Below are positions 20,891 to 21,615 of a stretch of DNA of 21,615 bases, one piece after another. The stretch is from Utricularia gibba (Eukaryota > Plantae > Magnoliophyta), in assembly GCA_002189035.1 (NCBI GenBank), contig NEEC01000231.1, positions 1 to 21,615 on the forward strand, written 5' to 3'. Position 1 is the stretch's first letter; the number at the start of each line of letters is the position of its first letter. The position numbers and the translations under genes were made by a program. Below the pieces are notes generated by a model. That model was given only the letters and a program-made list of their open reading frames with translations. It was not told the DNA's origin and searched no databases.

Positions 20891-21615
20891 CATGAGATCC
20901 TAACTTCAATAAAGGTATCACGATTTTCGTCGAATGGGAACGATTGTGCTGTGAAGTCAGACCAACCTTGGGTCCTACAAAGTTCCCAACAACAGCACCC
21001 GCCAAAAAAACGACAACTTTTCCTTCAAAAAGCATGTAGGCAGCCACCGAAAACCCAACGTTAATAAATGCATCACTTTTTGGCCGGGCTACAAATGACT
21101 ATGGGCCAGAGCGCGACTCGACCATTTGCTCGATACTGGAGCCCGCCTAGAGCGCCTCCTCAAATATAAATCAGGTTGTTGAGAAAACCATTTGGGGTTC
21201 TCATGACATCCTAACTAAAGCGAATGCATACGATTTCGTCGAGTACGACCCGATTGGGCTTAGTAGCCAGACCGAATCTCGGGCCCTGACAAAGCTCCCA
21301 ACTACAGCACCCACCTTAAAACGGCAAGCTGTTGCTTGAAAAACCATTTAGGCAGCCGCCTGAAACCCAACGTTGATAAATGCATCACTTATTTTCCGGG
21401 CCACAACTGACTATGGGCCTGAGCCCGACCCGACCTCTGGCCCAATCCTGAAACCCCCCAAGAGCGCCTCTCAAATATAAGTAGAGTGTTGAGAAAACCA
21501 TTGGGGTTCTCATGACATCCTAACTACAGCAAATGCGTTACGATTTTCGTCGAGTGCGACCCGATTGGGCTTAGTAGCCAGACCGAATCTCGGGCCGGAC
21601 AAAGCTCCCAACGAC
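20891..21615 (+). repeat. Terminal irregular unit A-C-D' (B monomer skipped; truncated by window end)
   Basis: The A tail ...aaaccatttgggg joins directly to the C head ttctcatgacatcctaactaaagc at ~21191-21220. A D'-type head (actacagc) follows at 21511. Confidence 0.85.

Larger units (their letters stand above)
1..21615 (+). repeat. Tandem satellite DNA array, ~313-bp monomer, ~69 copies, single orientation, organised in higher-order repeats
   Basis: The anchor (T)CATGA recurs at 283, 596, 905, 1216, 1529, 1841, 2154, 2467, 2779, 3092, 3403, 3716, 4006, 4319, 4632, 4945, 5260, 5571, 5883, 6190, 6504, 6818, 7131, 7444, 7759, 8073, 8386, 8700, 8993, 9303, 9616, 9929 ... 20891, 21202, 21511. 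Spacing is mostly 311-315 bp. I saw no non-repeat sequence and no inversion. Strand is arbitrary. Confidence 0.99.

Noticed and set aside
1-21615. CRISPR-like array (conserved 40-bp block recurring at regular spacing)
   Set aside because: The intervening sequences are homologous to each other and recur periodically rather than being unique spacers. The period is ~313 bp and there are no cas genes.
1-21615. 5S rDNA or other tandem RNA gene array (similar unit length)
   Set aside because: I recognised no 5S rRNA coding region, tRNA cloverleaf or Pol III A/B/C boxes with a terminator. An Infernal/Rfam scan would settle this.
1-21615. Assignment to a named satellite family (CentO, CentC, or other ~156/~312-bp plant satellites)
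   Set aside because: Only the length is similar and I do not recognise the sequence. The host could be plant or animal. A BLASTn search is required.
1-21615. Transposon insertion, inversion or unique-sequence island within the array
   Set aside because: Every interval between successive anchors is 290-315 bp and in the same orientation, leaving no room for an insertion.

Overview
The whole 21,615-bp window is one uninterrupted, head-to-tail satellite DNA array, with no supportable gene, RNA gene, transposon or CRISPR array. Using the TCATGA palindrome as an anchor, I find 69 monomer starts plus a partial first monomer, with a period of about 313 bp (range 290-315). One monomer counted by hand is 50% GC. 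The array is nested. (i) Each ~313-bp monomer is an old dimer of two diverged ~156-157-bp halves. (ii) Monomers fall into four classes (A, B, C, D) plus variants B' and D'. (iii) These form higher-order repeats (HORs). The order read from the sequence is: [A]BCD ABCD ABCD AB'CD (1-4944), ABCCD'B'CD (4945-7443), ABCD'B'CCD (7444-9928), five copies of the 7-mer ABCD'B'CD (9929-20890, ~2.19 kb each), then ACD' to the end. D' is a D/A chimera whose crossover lies in a 27-bp perfect-identity block, so the 7-mer appears to derive from an 8-mer by loss of one monomer length. This looks like eukaryotic (peri)centromeric or heterochromatic satellite DNA. I do not recognise the family or the organism. 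All listed ORFs are recurring artefacts of the repeat. Scattered homopolymer-shortening indels suggest long-read error, so singleton variants should be treated with caution.
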